DNA of 64,000 nucleotides from positions 258,731-322,730 of the forward strand of contig NW_003314358.1 of the NCBI RefSeq assembly GCF_000143415.4, given 5' to 3'. A model generated the notes under the pieces. The model was not told the DNA's origin. It saw only the letters and a list, made by a program, of their open reading frames with translations, and made no database searches. Positions 12,840-24,752 of this stretch are shown here, piece by piece; position 1 is the first letter of the stretch, and each line of letters opens with the position of its first letter. This DNA is from Selaginella moellendorffii. Lineage: Eukaryota; Plantae; Lycopodiophyta. The position numbers and the translations under genes were made by a program.

Positions 12840-13339
12840 AACTATATCTATATACTTTAAATTCTTAATGTAAATTAATGATTTTAAAATTAAGATTAGT
12901 CTTGCAATAAATCTATTTTCTTGTTAGAGATATTTACAGAAGGGATCACAGACATTGTATAAAATATAAACCAAAGCATACAGTTCACCCATGGCAAGGT
13001 CAGATTCTATCACAGAACATGGATATAATTGCTTTCTAGTTTCTGGTCCTTCAGAGCTTGCTCTTATTTGTTTTCAGTTTTGTTTGTCAAGTCACGAGCC
13101 TTAATCGTTGACCGACAGTTTTTTTCTTTAGCCTAGCTTCTTATATTTGGTTTATCCATCAAAAACTGATCGCAAGAAACCAAAAGGAAGAACTCTCCAC
13201 GCAAAGAGAGGAAAGAGCTCACCTGCGACTCTGCGCGACCCGGACTCTGCGCTGAAACAAACGATACCAACTTAGATATAAGAAAACCAAGGAAAAAGAA
13301 AAGTGGAGTTCACCTGAATCCATTCGGAACTGGATCAGA

Positions 13340-16300
13340 TCAAAACCACTCTTCGATCACCTGACAGGAGGACATCTGCAGCTCAAAAACTCAATGACAT
13401 AAATTGCCATTCATGTGTTCCACCAGAGTTACACCATTCTACAAGAATGAACCTCCACCAAAGATATAAATTATGCAGCTACCTCTTCTTCGCCAACGAG
13501 GACTTCACCACCATTATCAACTACGCCCTCGGCCTCCACAAAGTCGTCCCCGACCTCGTTCTCTTCCACATACTCTTCCTCCTCCTCCTGCCAAGCTTCA
13601 TGAGTAAAACACCCAAACACAAGAGGTCTCATACCTGGTGGCCGTCTCCAACCAAAACACCTTCGCTTCCACTCGACGCTTTCAAGTCATCTATGATATC
13701 GACTTTCCTCTTCTCCAGGTACTCCAGGTAGCTCTTCGCAGGTGGCAACTCCGCCCTGTGTATGCACAAGTAGAACTTTACGGAGGCTCGAAAACTCTTG
13801 GCAAAGCTCACCTTTCCTGCGCGCATTTGGCTTCCGCGGTCAATGCCCACTCCCAGTCTGGAAACAAGTTGGGGTACTCGGTCGGGTCGGCCAGAGACTC
13901 TGCTGCTTTTGCATTGACCTGCAACGAACAAGACGGGATGAAACGAAGGATGCCAACTTTGGTAGCGATACCTTTTTCAAATCATTCCGCCAAAGTCCTA
14001 CGATCTCGGTTACTTTACTGGGCAAGTATGTTCTTGCCATGAATGCCGCTTCGGGTATGCGGTTGCTGCGAGCATAGCCATGAAGTTGAAAATGAATGGA
14101 AGATTGCATACCTGTCAATTAGGAGTTGAACGCAGTCCTCCAGTCGCCCAAGGAGAAACAAGCAGACGAAAGCAACGTTGTTCTTCCCTTGATCCTTGGC
14201 CAAGCTTGACAAGCTCTCCAAACCTTCCTTATCTCCCAGAGAGGAATAAAGGAGGAGCAAGCCACTGAAGTCGGTCGCATGCTTTAAGCATTCTTCTGCT
14301 ACATCGAGCTGCCAAAAGACGTTTTTCAGATCATGTAGTATCAAACCTCTCCCACCTTTCCGGAAGACATAGCTAGCTCGCCAAGTTGCTTCCACTTTGA
14401 GTCGCTTTGAGCTTCCTCAGCGATTGCCTGAGATAAACCACCTCAATATTCGACAAAAGAAAATAACAGAGCGTAACATGCCTTTGCAACTTCGAGTTTG
14501 CCCAGTTGCACAGCAAGGTCAAATCGATAATCCGGATCAGTTGCCGCTTCAAGGGCGTCCTCCAGCATACCACGTGACTCCAAGAAATGGGCAACACTGA
14601 ATAGGAGTATTGAGAGTGTTATACTAGCAAAAGTACCAGCCAAAGTTTACCTGTTTAAGTGCTCCTTCGGAATGGTTGGCAAGACTTCCTGCGCTCGCTC
14701 AATATCTCCACGTAGAACGAGTGTTTTGTACTCGATCAGGCCAAGTAACAGCGTGTAGCTGACAATACTGTAATTTCACAGGAGGATTAGCCATCGTTCA
14801 TGATCAGAAAAGTAAAAAACACTTACTTGAACTCCTTGTCGATCAGATACACTCGGCTTTGATTTGCCAGATAGCCAAGCAAATACATTGGCTTGTCCAG
14901 GTGATACATAGTAGTTACCTGGAAGAGGATGTGTGAAACAAATATAAACGACAACACAGAAGCAGACCTCTCCTCCAACGCAGTAGTTCAGTCTCCATGA
15001 CGAGTTGTTGTAAATGAAACAATCGCCTACCCATAAGCCAGTTCTCACGCGCTCGGATATCTCATGCAAAAGTTCAAATGCGTCCTCGACTCCTTGCTCG
15101 TCAATCTGCTTCCCGCTGTCAAGGTACTCGGAAACAATATCATGCTGCATCCAAACAACAGTAAGCATAAATTTATAGAGATTTTCGAAACTAACGTTGT
15201 ATTTCAAGATGTAGAAGGATTTTTCGCTTGTAATTGCAACCAGATCCCCGCTGTCAGCCCAAAAGATGTTCTGCAAAATTCGAAAACATTGTGAGGCATT
15301 ACAAAAGAGAGAAAGAAAGAAATAAAACAAAGAAACAAATAAACACCTTCACTGTAACGTCAATTCTACGAATCATTCGGCATTCGGCCCAGTCGTAGAA
15401 GCAAACGAAGTCATTCGAGCGAACTCCTAAAAGACATCCACCGTAAATTCCTTCAGCTGAAAAGGCTGGTCGCATGCTCTTTTTCTCCTGTTAAACAAAA
15501 ATTATATATCATACACGTCAAAATGTTATTCGACCCACCTGAAACGCTTTATTGAAGACCTTGATCTTGGAAGTGCTCTCCCTCACAGCAGAGTCCCCTT
15601 CTTGTGACCAAACGAACTCAAGAGCAGATCCAAATGACTTGTTTCTCCAGGCAACAGGGGTGTAAATTGTATATTCCCCATCACCACAAACCACCACAAA
15701 TCTTCCATTTGGGTTATGTTTCAGGCTCTGCACATATTATATCAGAAAATGTCCGATACCCAGAAAAAAAAGAGAGAGAACTACTTACTTGTGGGTACAG
15801 ATCACAGCTACCAAGCTCTTTGACCGCTAAAGGCAAACGTTCTCCATCAACCACCTCAAAATCTGTCGGTACGGCTCTTATATTTACAGTTTGAATCTCG
15901 TTATGCTTAGCCCAGATTATCTTCCCGCTGCTGTCCATACTGGCTACAGGTTCCTCCTTTCCAATTTTGATCATTATGGTTCCTTCATCGTACGCAATAG
16001 CCACCCTGGAAGTTTTAAATCGGTTATGCGCATGAACAAAAACACCACAGATCTTTACCTGTTTGATCCCTTTAAGTAGCCAATCATCCAGACACGTTCA
16101 AGCCCATAGTTCAATGTGTTTTCAAGTCTGTAAAATGGAAACGTTGGGGTAAGTGTGTTACGCTTAACGCGCCAGTCACCTGTAAGTTGTAGTATGCCAG
16201 ATCCGCACCGTGCCGTCCTCTGATCCCGTGATGATAATTGGCAGCTCGGGGTGAAAGCACACGGCGGAAACATTATGCGTATGTCCCTCGAGCGTCTGAA

Positions 16301-17301
16301 CGCAAGCCTTAGTCTGGTAGTCCCAAACTTTAGCTGTTTGATCATCCGATCCCGTGATAAGATACGGCCTGTCACCGCCGGTGAAATACTCCACACAGTT
16401 TACGCCCTTAACATGAGCATCCAGTGTGAAGTTTGGCTCCGGAGATCCGAGGTTCCATATCTACAAGCACAAGAAGAAAAGTCAAACAATCACCTCTAAA
16501 CGACGAACGCACCTTGATGGTCCGATCCAAAGAGGCACTGGCGAAGGTGTTAGTATCCTTTGGGTTGAGAGCGACTTGCATCACGTAGTGGGAGTGGCCT
16601 TCGAAGATCTGGATACACGTCCACCCCTTCTCCCAGTCCCAGAGCTTGATGAGCATGTCATCCGAGGATGACAAAACGCAGGGAAGTGTCGGATGGACGA
16701 CGACGCACCTGATGTAGTCCGTGTGCGCTTCAAACGACTTGACCTTGTCCATGGTATTGTAGTTGTAGACTCGAATGTACATGTCGTCGGCACCAGCGAC
16801 TATCCACTGCTTTCGCGATATGAACTTGGCCGAGCGGACTACAAGCAAGAGATCACACAATGGTTTAGAGAGAAACTTAGAAAAATCGAGATGGAGCAAC
16901 ACAGACTTGGAAAAATACTCTCGAGGGACTTAGAGAAATCCACTCCAAAAGTTACCTGGTAGCTCTGTGACTTCGAATGTTTTGACCACGCCCTGTGTTT
17001 GATGATTCCAAATGTAGATGCTTCCAGTGTAGAGACTCGCGAGGATCCTGGCGAACGCATAGAAAATCATTCACGCTCTTAGTCTAATGGCTACATACCA
17101 TGGCTCTGTGGGATGGAGATCTACACATTTCACGCGCTCTGATCGTTGCGCAAGCTTGCGCTGGAGAAAATCGACTCAGCAAAGCTACAAAACATCGCGA
17201 CGTACCTTGATTCCCAGGGACAGAGGCTGCGCATCGAAGGAAAACAAGGAATTTCGTTAGATCCAGCTGATGGAGGTGGGAGATCGAGAGAGATTTACCA
17301 T
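13340..17301 (-). CDS. COPB2: Coatomer subunit beta' (multi-exon)
   Basis: ATG-only first exon (17301-17299), then [28 protein letters not shown]; WD40 repeats '[15 protein letters not shown]', '[23 protein letters not shown]'; C-terminal '[18 protein letters not shown]'. The stop codon is uncertain (13391 or 13340). Confidence 0.95.
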
Positions 17302-17441
17302 TGCCGGCGGTGCTCTCCGCCCTCGCAGATCCAAAGGCGCAAGAACCCTAGCAGAACCACGCGAAAAGGGAATATACCGCTTACTCCTTTAACAGCGTTA
17401 AGCGATAGCGCGGCTTTGAGTTTTTAGGGCTGGGCAGTGCC
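17302..17441. promoter_or_regulatory. Compact bidirectional promoter between COPB2 and the DnaJ gene
   Basis: Only 140 bp between divergent ATGs; telobox-like AACCCTAG (~17344) and TTTAGGGC (~17423). Confidence 0.65.
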
Positions 17442-18628
17442 ATGGATGCCGATGACGCATTGCTCAAGGAGTTCTTCGCGGAGGTGAGCGAGGTGGAGCG
17501 TGACAACGAGGTGAATCGGTAAGAGTAGGCTCCGATGGATCGGCAAAACTGGATTTTGAGTGAATGGGATTGGAATTTCCAGGGTTCTATCGTGTTTTAA
17601 GCTCAATCCTTTCGAGCATCTCAATCTTCCAGTGGATGCGACGCTAGAGGAGATTCGGAGGCAGTATAGGAAGGTTAGAGCCAGTCGATCGAGCTGCGAA
17701 ATTTTAGAGCTGAAAGTTTTGCCCCACATTTTTGACAGCTTTCTCTTTTAGTGCATCCGGATAAGTGTAAGCATCCAAAATCCAAGGAGGCATTCGCTGG
17801 TAAGCTGTTGTGTTCTTTCCATTTCGCATATGGTGTTCCATCTACTTTTTGTTTGTTTGATGTGATCTAGCTTTGGCCAAAGCTCAGCAACTCTTGCTGG
17901 ATCCTCAAGAGCGAGACTATCTCGTGGCTCAAATAAACATGGCAAGGGGTACGTAGGATCTTCTCTGTGTTCTTCATTTTAACGTTGTGGTCTCTATAGA
18001 TGAGTTGAGAAACGAGCGAAAGAAGCATCTAAAGAAGGACAATGCTTCCAAACTCAGGTCGATGGTCGACGAGGTATGCAACCATCACAAAAGGTCGTGT
18101 TTCTCTTTTTTCATTCATTTCTCTCCAGAGCAAGTACGAGACAATGTACGAGGACTCTGAAGAGTTCAAACAAAACTGGAAACTGCGGGTACGCACAATC
18201 CTGACCGATCAGGAGTGGCGGCGGCGGAAGATGCAAATGCGGGTGAGCTGCAATCTCTACCTTGATTCGCATTGTTTTGACCATCTGCTGGATTCATCCA
18301 GATATCGGAAGAAGAAGGTAGACTGAAAAAAGAGGAAGAGGAAGCTAGGGAGATGTGGAAGCGCAAGCGAGAAGACGAACAACAATGGGAAGAAACGCGA
18401 GAGAATAGAGTAAGTACCTCTTTTCGTCGTGTGAATCTGATCGTTTGCTTGCTTGCCAGGTTAGTAACTGGAGAGACTTTATGAAAGGAGGCAAGAAGGT
18501 AATCGCCAAAGCCTTGATTCTACCTTTGTTACACTGACTTTTTGCAGTCGAAGGGACAGCTGAAGCCACCGAAGCTAAAGACCGAGGATCCAAACAAGTC
18601 TTACGTCCAACGTCCAGTGAAGAAGTGA
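17442..18628 (+). CDS. DNAJC8: J-domain protein, DNAJC8/Spf31-like (multi-exon)
   Basis: MDADDALLKEFFAEVSEVERDNEV…LNPFEHLNL…YRK/LSLLVHPDKCKHP (HPD motif); C-terminal 'WEETRENRVSNWRDF…LKPPKLKTEDPNKSYVQRPVKK'. Confidence 0.92.
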
Positions 18629-18874
18629 AGAACTTGGTTACTTCATGCTCTCGATTGCCCGGGCTTGGAGAGATCTATGTTGTACAGGTATGACCACCAT
18701 CGTTTCACAGCGATAAAGAAGAAAAGAATGATTTTTGCAGTTCAAATTAAGAGCAATCAAAGTCGCAGCACAACAATTTGCTGCTTCTTCTCGTGTCTAT
18801 GCCTATTTCTAAAGTACAAATGGGATGGAGAGGAATTTTTTTTTGTTCTCTACTCTAAAATACCAAGCACTCGA

Positions 18875-21349
18875 CTACGTACCACCAGCTTGCACTCTTG
18901 ACGAGCACCGCAAGCAGCTGCTTCCAACGAGCTTTCGCTGGAATCCATCCTTATCTCCATCGTCTTCCTGGATCATCTCCTCGGTCTCTATCCTGCTTAA
19001 GTTCTTGTCGACGGATCCTCCCGGGACGCAGCAGCATGGTGGTGCTTGAGACGACACCGACGATGCAATCGACGAGGCCTGTCCCGCCGCCGCTGCTTCC
19101 GGGAGCTCGTAGAGCTTGAGCTCTTCTTTGCTCGAACTTTTGCGACTGTCTCGCTCGTCGACGCTGTTGTCCGCTATACTCTTTGCCATCTTTTGCTGCC
19201 AGTCGAGGTGAACTGCGAGCACCAAGCTCATGATCTCCTTCCTGTAGAAGGCCACCTGAAACCGTTTGTAAAGAGCTTCCGCGACGTTGGCTCGAGCTAA
19301 CTTCGTGCTTGGTCCGTATAAGCGCACGCTCTTGCCGTTGCCGAGGTAGTGCTTGATCATATTGTCGAGGAAGAAAGTCTTCGTTCTCGTTGGTTGAGCC
19401 GAGAAGCCAACCGCCGCTGCTACTCCACCTTGGAGCTGCAAGCTCGATGCGCTGTTGATCCTCTCCGAGAAGATATCGTAGCTTCTCTTTCTCGACGGCA
19501 GTACGTGCTGATAATCGCTCCTCCATCTCGTTAAAGTCTGTTCTTCGATCGAGGACCTGGTAGAGTCGCAGGACGAACCCGCCGGAGCCTTAAGATCAAA
19601 CCGAGGTGCCGACGAAAACACACGAGTGTCGCCGTGGTCGTGGTTGTCATCGTCTCGCTCGTCGATTCGCTTCTACTTTCGCTGTTCTTGCCCTGCTCCG
19701 GATCGCCGGCGTCGGTGTTTCCAGTCCGACAATTCACTTCGAGCTGCTGCAGCTGCTTTGGAAGCGCCAGGAAAGTTGTGATCAAGCCACCATCGTCGTC
19801 TCTCTCGGCAGCCGGTTCGTCCTTCTTCTCCTTTGGCGTGTCAACTTTCTTCTCTTTCGGGGCCTCGCCGTCCTTGTCCTCGTCACCTTGGTCGTCACCT
19901 TTCGCGAAAGCATGAGACGTTCCTTTGCTCAGCCACAGTGTCGGCCTGCGTTTGCGCTCGCTGACGACTCCATTAGTGTTGATATCGTCCATTTTGCTGC
20001 TGCTGCTCACACCCCTCTTGTTATTTATCTCGCTCTGGCTCTTGGCCATCAACTCGTTGTCCAGCTCCGGAAGTTCCAGAAAGCTCGCATCAGTGGCTAC
20101 GTGATTCAACACCTCGCTGATCGAGTCGAAGTAATCTTTGCCTTTGATCAAGGAGCGTTTCGAGTAGCGCTTGATGCCTGGGACCATGTAAACTAGCGGC
20201 CCTTTCCCGCTTTGTTCCGAGCTCCAGTCCTTAGCAAGCAGCCGAGGCCACACTCCTTCCCAGAACAAGTCCTGTGCTCGGCTCTTGCTCAACCGGCAGC
20301 CACCCGAGAGAGCTCTAAACATTTCCGTCCCTGTGTAGTCCGAGAAAGCTTTGCCTGGAGGTAACTCGAACTTCTTGGTGGCCTGGACTGAATCCACACT
20401 TCCCATCGTCAAGTCCCGTTTCCCACACCCCAGGCCAACCGAGTCGACGAACAGCTCCAGTCCTGCTATGTCTTTTATCCGAGACACGTACCTCTCGAAA
20501 GAAACCTCGCCTTTGTTGAATCCAGCCATAGTCTGGGGAGGAAAAGCTTGGTGTTATGGCATCGAGAAAGAAAAACTCGACAAACAAAGTTACCTCGAAT
20601 AGTTCCGGTCTTGAGCACTCCTCGACTTCTGGAAGAAGCCGTCGTAGAAGTTCTTCCTGACGCCGCCCAACCAAAATGTGTCGACCATTCACGATTCTCT
20701 TGCTGCAGTTGTTTCGTGCTGCCACCCATCTCTTGTAGGCCGGAGTCCCGTAAAAGATGCTGTAATAGTAGTGCTGAAGGTCCGTGAGCATTCTCGTCTC
20801 CAGGAATCTCTTCAAAGCGTTGAAGTCCTTCCCGAAGAGATAGAGTCCCAGCAGGAACGCAGCCTCCTCGTTCTCCTCCCACGCATCAAAGCCATCCCCC
20901 GGAACTATAACATCTTCCATCTCGCTGAGGCTGCTCTTGGCTCGCATTCTCCGAAACGTAAGCCAGTTCCCTTTCCTCTTCTTCTTCCCTTTCCGTCTCC
21001 TTCCATCACCACCCCCGTTTTTATCCTCCGGCAGCTCGCCCTCGTTTTGATCATCGCAGTCCCGACCGAGATCCTGCTTCTTCTCGTTGTTCATGCGGAT
21101 GCTGGTTATCGGAATCGCCATCCCTCCAAGAGCAAACGCGAGCTCTTCCTCGTCAGCCGAAAACACCGTGACGTGGTTCCCATTCTCAGCCGCAAAGAAG
21201 TCGTGTGTGCAGCGAGGGAGCTCGTCCACCTGGAAGTCGCTTCCAATCCTCGGAGTGCAATCGTCGTCGTCAGACCCCGAGCCGGAGCCCGAGCCAGACG
21301 ACTCCGAGTCGTCAAACGTACAAGGCTCCATCTTTAGTTCATCGTCCAT
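18875..21349 (-). CDS. Plant ELM2-like/SANT-domain protein (At1g09050/At2g47820-like family)
   Basis: 'PRIGSDFQVD'; SANT-like 'WEENEEAAFLLGLYLFGKDFNALKRF…YYYSIFY'; 'DLFWEGVWPRLLAKDWSSEQ…VPGIKRYSKRSLIKGKDYFDSISEVL'. One clear intron (~20534-20593). The 3' part needs a frameshift or intron near 19675-19740. Confidence 0.8.
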
Positions 21350-22640
21350 TCATGCACAACTCCTGGAATAAAAATAAAAAACGCATTAGTTCATCGTATG
21401 CACAACTCCTGGAAGAAAAAAAGGGGCCTCTAGTGAGAGCAAAGCTACACACTCACGAACAAAAGAGTACCACAAAGCTGCAAGAAAAACAAACCTTGCA
21501 AATACTGAGAAAGAAGAACTACCAAAGCAGAGATGATTAAAAAGAAATAACACTTGCTAATAAAGCACGGTCGTAAAGAAAGAGAGCATGTAGACTACGT
21601 TACAAGCCATGAAATCGCCGGCATAAGCACAGCGCAAGCACTGTTATCGAGCCATTCAACGCTGCTATGGACGCACGAAATCACGACCCAGTAGCCCAGC
21701 AAAGAGAGATAAGGCATGCACGCTCGTGACCTAACAAAGAAAACGCGAGAACCTCTCGCGCAAAGCGCTGGAGAGAATGGGGGCAGCAGCGCAGCATCGA
21801 TTCATCCAAGGACACAAAGAGGAGAAGAAGCGAAGAACAAGACACACAAAGAACAAACCAAAACACCAAAAAAGAACCAAAGAAAAGAGAGAATCTAATC
21901 AAGCGCAAGCACGCAACGCAAGCTCTATCCATCATCAATCTTGCTGCAGTCAAAACCCCACAAGGCATGGCCTAGCTACACATTCCATCCTAGATCCAAC
22001 ATTCTCACACGCTCTGGAAATTCGTGCCCTGGGAAGGGGAGCGTTTGGAGAAACCATACCTGGAAGCGCAGCGCTCGCGCCGTGTGTGTGTGCGCCGGCG
22101 GGGGAGAAGCGAGGCAGCGGGCGGCGATGGTAGCGGCGATGCGGCGGCGGGCGATCCGAGCGGCGGGCGCGAGCGCGAAGAGGAGGAAATGGCGTGAACG
22201 AACGAATGGAATGAAATGGGGTGAGTTTGTGGGTATTTTGGTGTTGTAAAGGGTACGCTAATTAACCCCACCTTGCTTAGCGCTAATAATCCACGCCCCA
22301 CCCTACAAACCCTAATTCTCTTTTTTGCCTCGTTTTATTTTTTTAGTTGACTTCCAAAGTCCGCCAGCCAGCTTCGACTGGGCCAACGTTTTGGATGAAT
22401 GTATTTTCATGTGAATTTGCCATTGAGCGAAAACACGTAAGAGAAAATTTGATATACGCGGTGCTCATGCAAATAAATGTTTTTTTTTTAAGAAACAGTT
22501 GGCAAACATGTGTCCCAAGTGGCAAAATAATGTCCAATGTGGCCGCGGTTGCGTCACAGCAAGAATGTTTCAAACAGATCCACTTTCCAACCCAATCAAT
22601 GTTTATTCGATTTGATTTTGATATTTAGTTTTGATCACCT

Positions 22641-24620
22641 ATGGAAGGCAATTTTCACCAGTGTGTGGAGCTCATCCGGTCTTGCAAGACAAAGCCACAG
22701 ATCAAGTTTGCCCAATCTAAAATTTTCCAAATTGTTGGCAAATCCCACAACCACAGCAGCACTTACCTCTCCAACCTCCTCATTGAAGCTTATGGCAAAT
22801 GCGGTAGCATCGAAGATGCGATTTCTCTCTTTGATTCCATTGCGAACAAGGATGAGTTCTCCTGGGTGATGATGCTCTCGGCATATGCCCAAAACGGGCA
22901 TATCCACGAGGCCCGCGGCATATTCGACGCCATGCCCACCAAGAACATCGTCGCGTGGAATTCCATCCTGGCCGCATATGCCCACCAGGGATCCCTCGGC
23001 GATGCTTGGAATATTTTCGACGCAATGCCCGAGAGGAACTTGATGACGTGGACGTCGGTGCTGACCATGTATGCCCGGAGAGGGCATATCCCACTCGCCG
23101 AGGGGATATTCTCCCAGATGCCCGAGAAGGACCTTGTTTCGTGGAACGCGATGATCTCGGCATATGCCCACTCTGGGCATATTCTCCAGGCCAGGAGAAC
23201 GTTTGAAGAGATGCCTCTTAGAGATCTCACCTCTTGGGGGTGTCTCATCTCTGCCCTAGCGAGGGATTGCGTCGCGGATCTAGAGACTCTCTGGATCTAC
23301 CAGATGCCCGAGTGGGATTCTATCTCCTGGAATGGATTTCTCTCGGCGATTGCTCACTGTGATCGCCTGGAAAACGCGAAGAGGGTGTTTGATTCCATGC
23401 CCCAGCGAGACATTGTCTCGTGGAACGCGCTCCTCGCGGCGTATGCTTCCAGGGGCGATTTGATGGAAACGATGAGGATCTTCCAGAAATTCATGCCCGA
23501 GCACAACATTGCGTCTGAGAACACGATCATGTCAGCGCTAGGCGCCGCAGGGGACGTAGAAAACGCCGAGAGGATCTTTCGCGAATCGATGCAAAGGCAC
23601 GATCGCGTCTCGTGGAATGCGATGCTAGCGGCGTATGCCAAGAGCGGGGATTTTGATCGAGCAAAAGGGTTCTTCAATCGAATGCCGGAGAAGGACGTGA
23701 TTTCCTTCACGGCGATGATCGATGCTTTCGCTAGCAACAATCAAATCGAAGAAGCCACAAAGCTCTTCGATTCGATGCCCGAGAGGGGACTTGGAACTTG
23801 GAACGCGATGCTCTCAAGCTATGCCGAGAAAGGGAATCTGGAAGAAACAAGAAGCATCTTCGATGCCATGCGTGAGAAGGATTCCATTTCCTGGAACACC
23901 ATTCTAATGGCATATTCCATGAAAGGTCACATTGAGGAAGTAGAAGGCTTGTTCTTCTCAATGCCCTTTCCAGACCTGATCTCGAGAACAATCCTCTTCA
24001 CAGCATATGCCCAGGTTGGGCATTTAGGACGAGCGAAATTTCTCTTCGATTGGTTGCCCTGGCGAGATCTCGCGTCCTGGAACGCGATGCTAGCGGCGAT
24101 CTCGCGGAATGGCCGTCTCGATGACACTGATCGATTCTTCTCTAAATTGCCGCAGTGGGATCAAACCTCCTGGGATGTTCTAGTCGCGGCATTTGCCTAC
24201 AATGGGCAAGAAGAACATGCCCGGCTAGTCTTCACCAAAATGGCGGTGGAGGGAATCGAACCACGAGAGCCGGCGTTCGTTTGCCTTCTCGTCGGCCACA
24301 CCCACAGCGGCGACCTAGATTCGGGCATCTCTCTCTTTCGCTCCATGGCAGTGGATTTCCACGCGGCGCCCAGCAAGCAGGCATTCAACGCGATGGTGGG
24401 TTTGCTGGGAAGATCCGGGCGCCTGGACGACGCTCGCGAGCTCTTGATCGCCATGCCATTCAATCCGGGCGCGCCGGACTGGAAATCACTGCTGGGCGCT
24501 TGCACGAGCATAAATAATCTCCAGCGCGGGGCTCAAGCCGCGGAGAATGTAGCGCGATTGGATCCGGCAGCGCCGGCGCCCTATCTCTTGATCGCGAATA
24601 TGTGCTCGCGGCATCGATGA
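22641..24620 (+). CDS. PLS-class pentatricopeptide repeat protein with E domain, no DYW
   Basis: 659-aa intronless ORF; tandem ~31-aa repeats (FDxMPxRDxVSWNAML); terminal 'WKSLLGAC…AAENVARLDP…PYLLIAN'. Confidence 0.95.
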   Translation: MEGNFHQCVELIRSCKTKPQIKFAQSKIFQIVGKSHNHSSTYLSNLLIEAYGKCGSIEDAISLFDSIANKDEFSWVMMLSAYAQNGHIHEARGIFDAMPTKNIVAWNSILAAYAHQGSLGDAWNIFDAMPERNLMTWTSVLTMYARRGHIPLAEGIFSQMPEKDLVSWNAMISAYAHSGHILQARRTFEEMPLRDLTSWGCLISALARDCVADLETLWIYQMPEWDSISWNGFLSAIAHCDRLENAKRVFDSMPQRDIVSWNALLAAYASRGDLMETMRIFQKFMPEHNIASENTIMSALGAAGDVENAERIFRESMQRHDRVSWNAMLAAYAKSGDFDRAKGFFNRMPEKDVISFTAMIDAFASNNQIEEATKLFDSMPERGLGTWNAMLSSYAEKGNLEETRSIFDAMREKDSISWNTILMAYSMKGHIEEVEGLFFSMPFPDLISRTILFTAYAQVGHLGRAKFLFDWLPWRDLASWNAMLAAISRNGRLDDTDRFFSKLPQWDQTSWDVLVAAFAYNGQEEHARLVFTKMAVEGIEPREPAFVCLLVGHTHSGDLDSGISLFRSMAVDFHAAPSKQAFNAMVGLLGRSGRLDDARELLIAMPFNPGAPDWKSLLGACTSINNLQRGAQAAENVARLDPAAPAPYLLIANMCSRHR

Positions 24621-24752
24621 TCTTGGATTTTTAGGGCAAAAATGCGGAATGGTGGGGGATTTTGAGCCAGACACTTGGCAGTAGCTCATTGGCAGTGGGA
24701 ATTCTCTCCAAAAGCTGCTATAGCGAGGGCAAAAGAGAGCTTCACACGGGAG

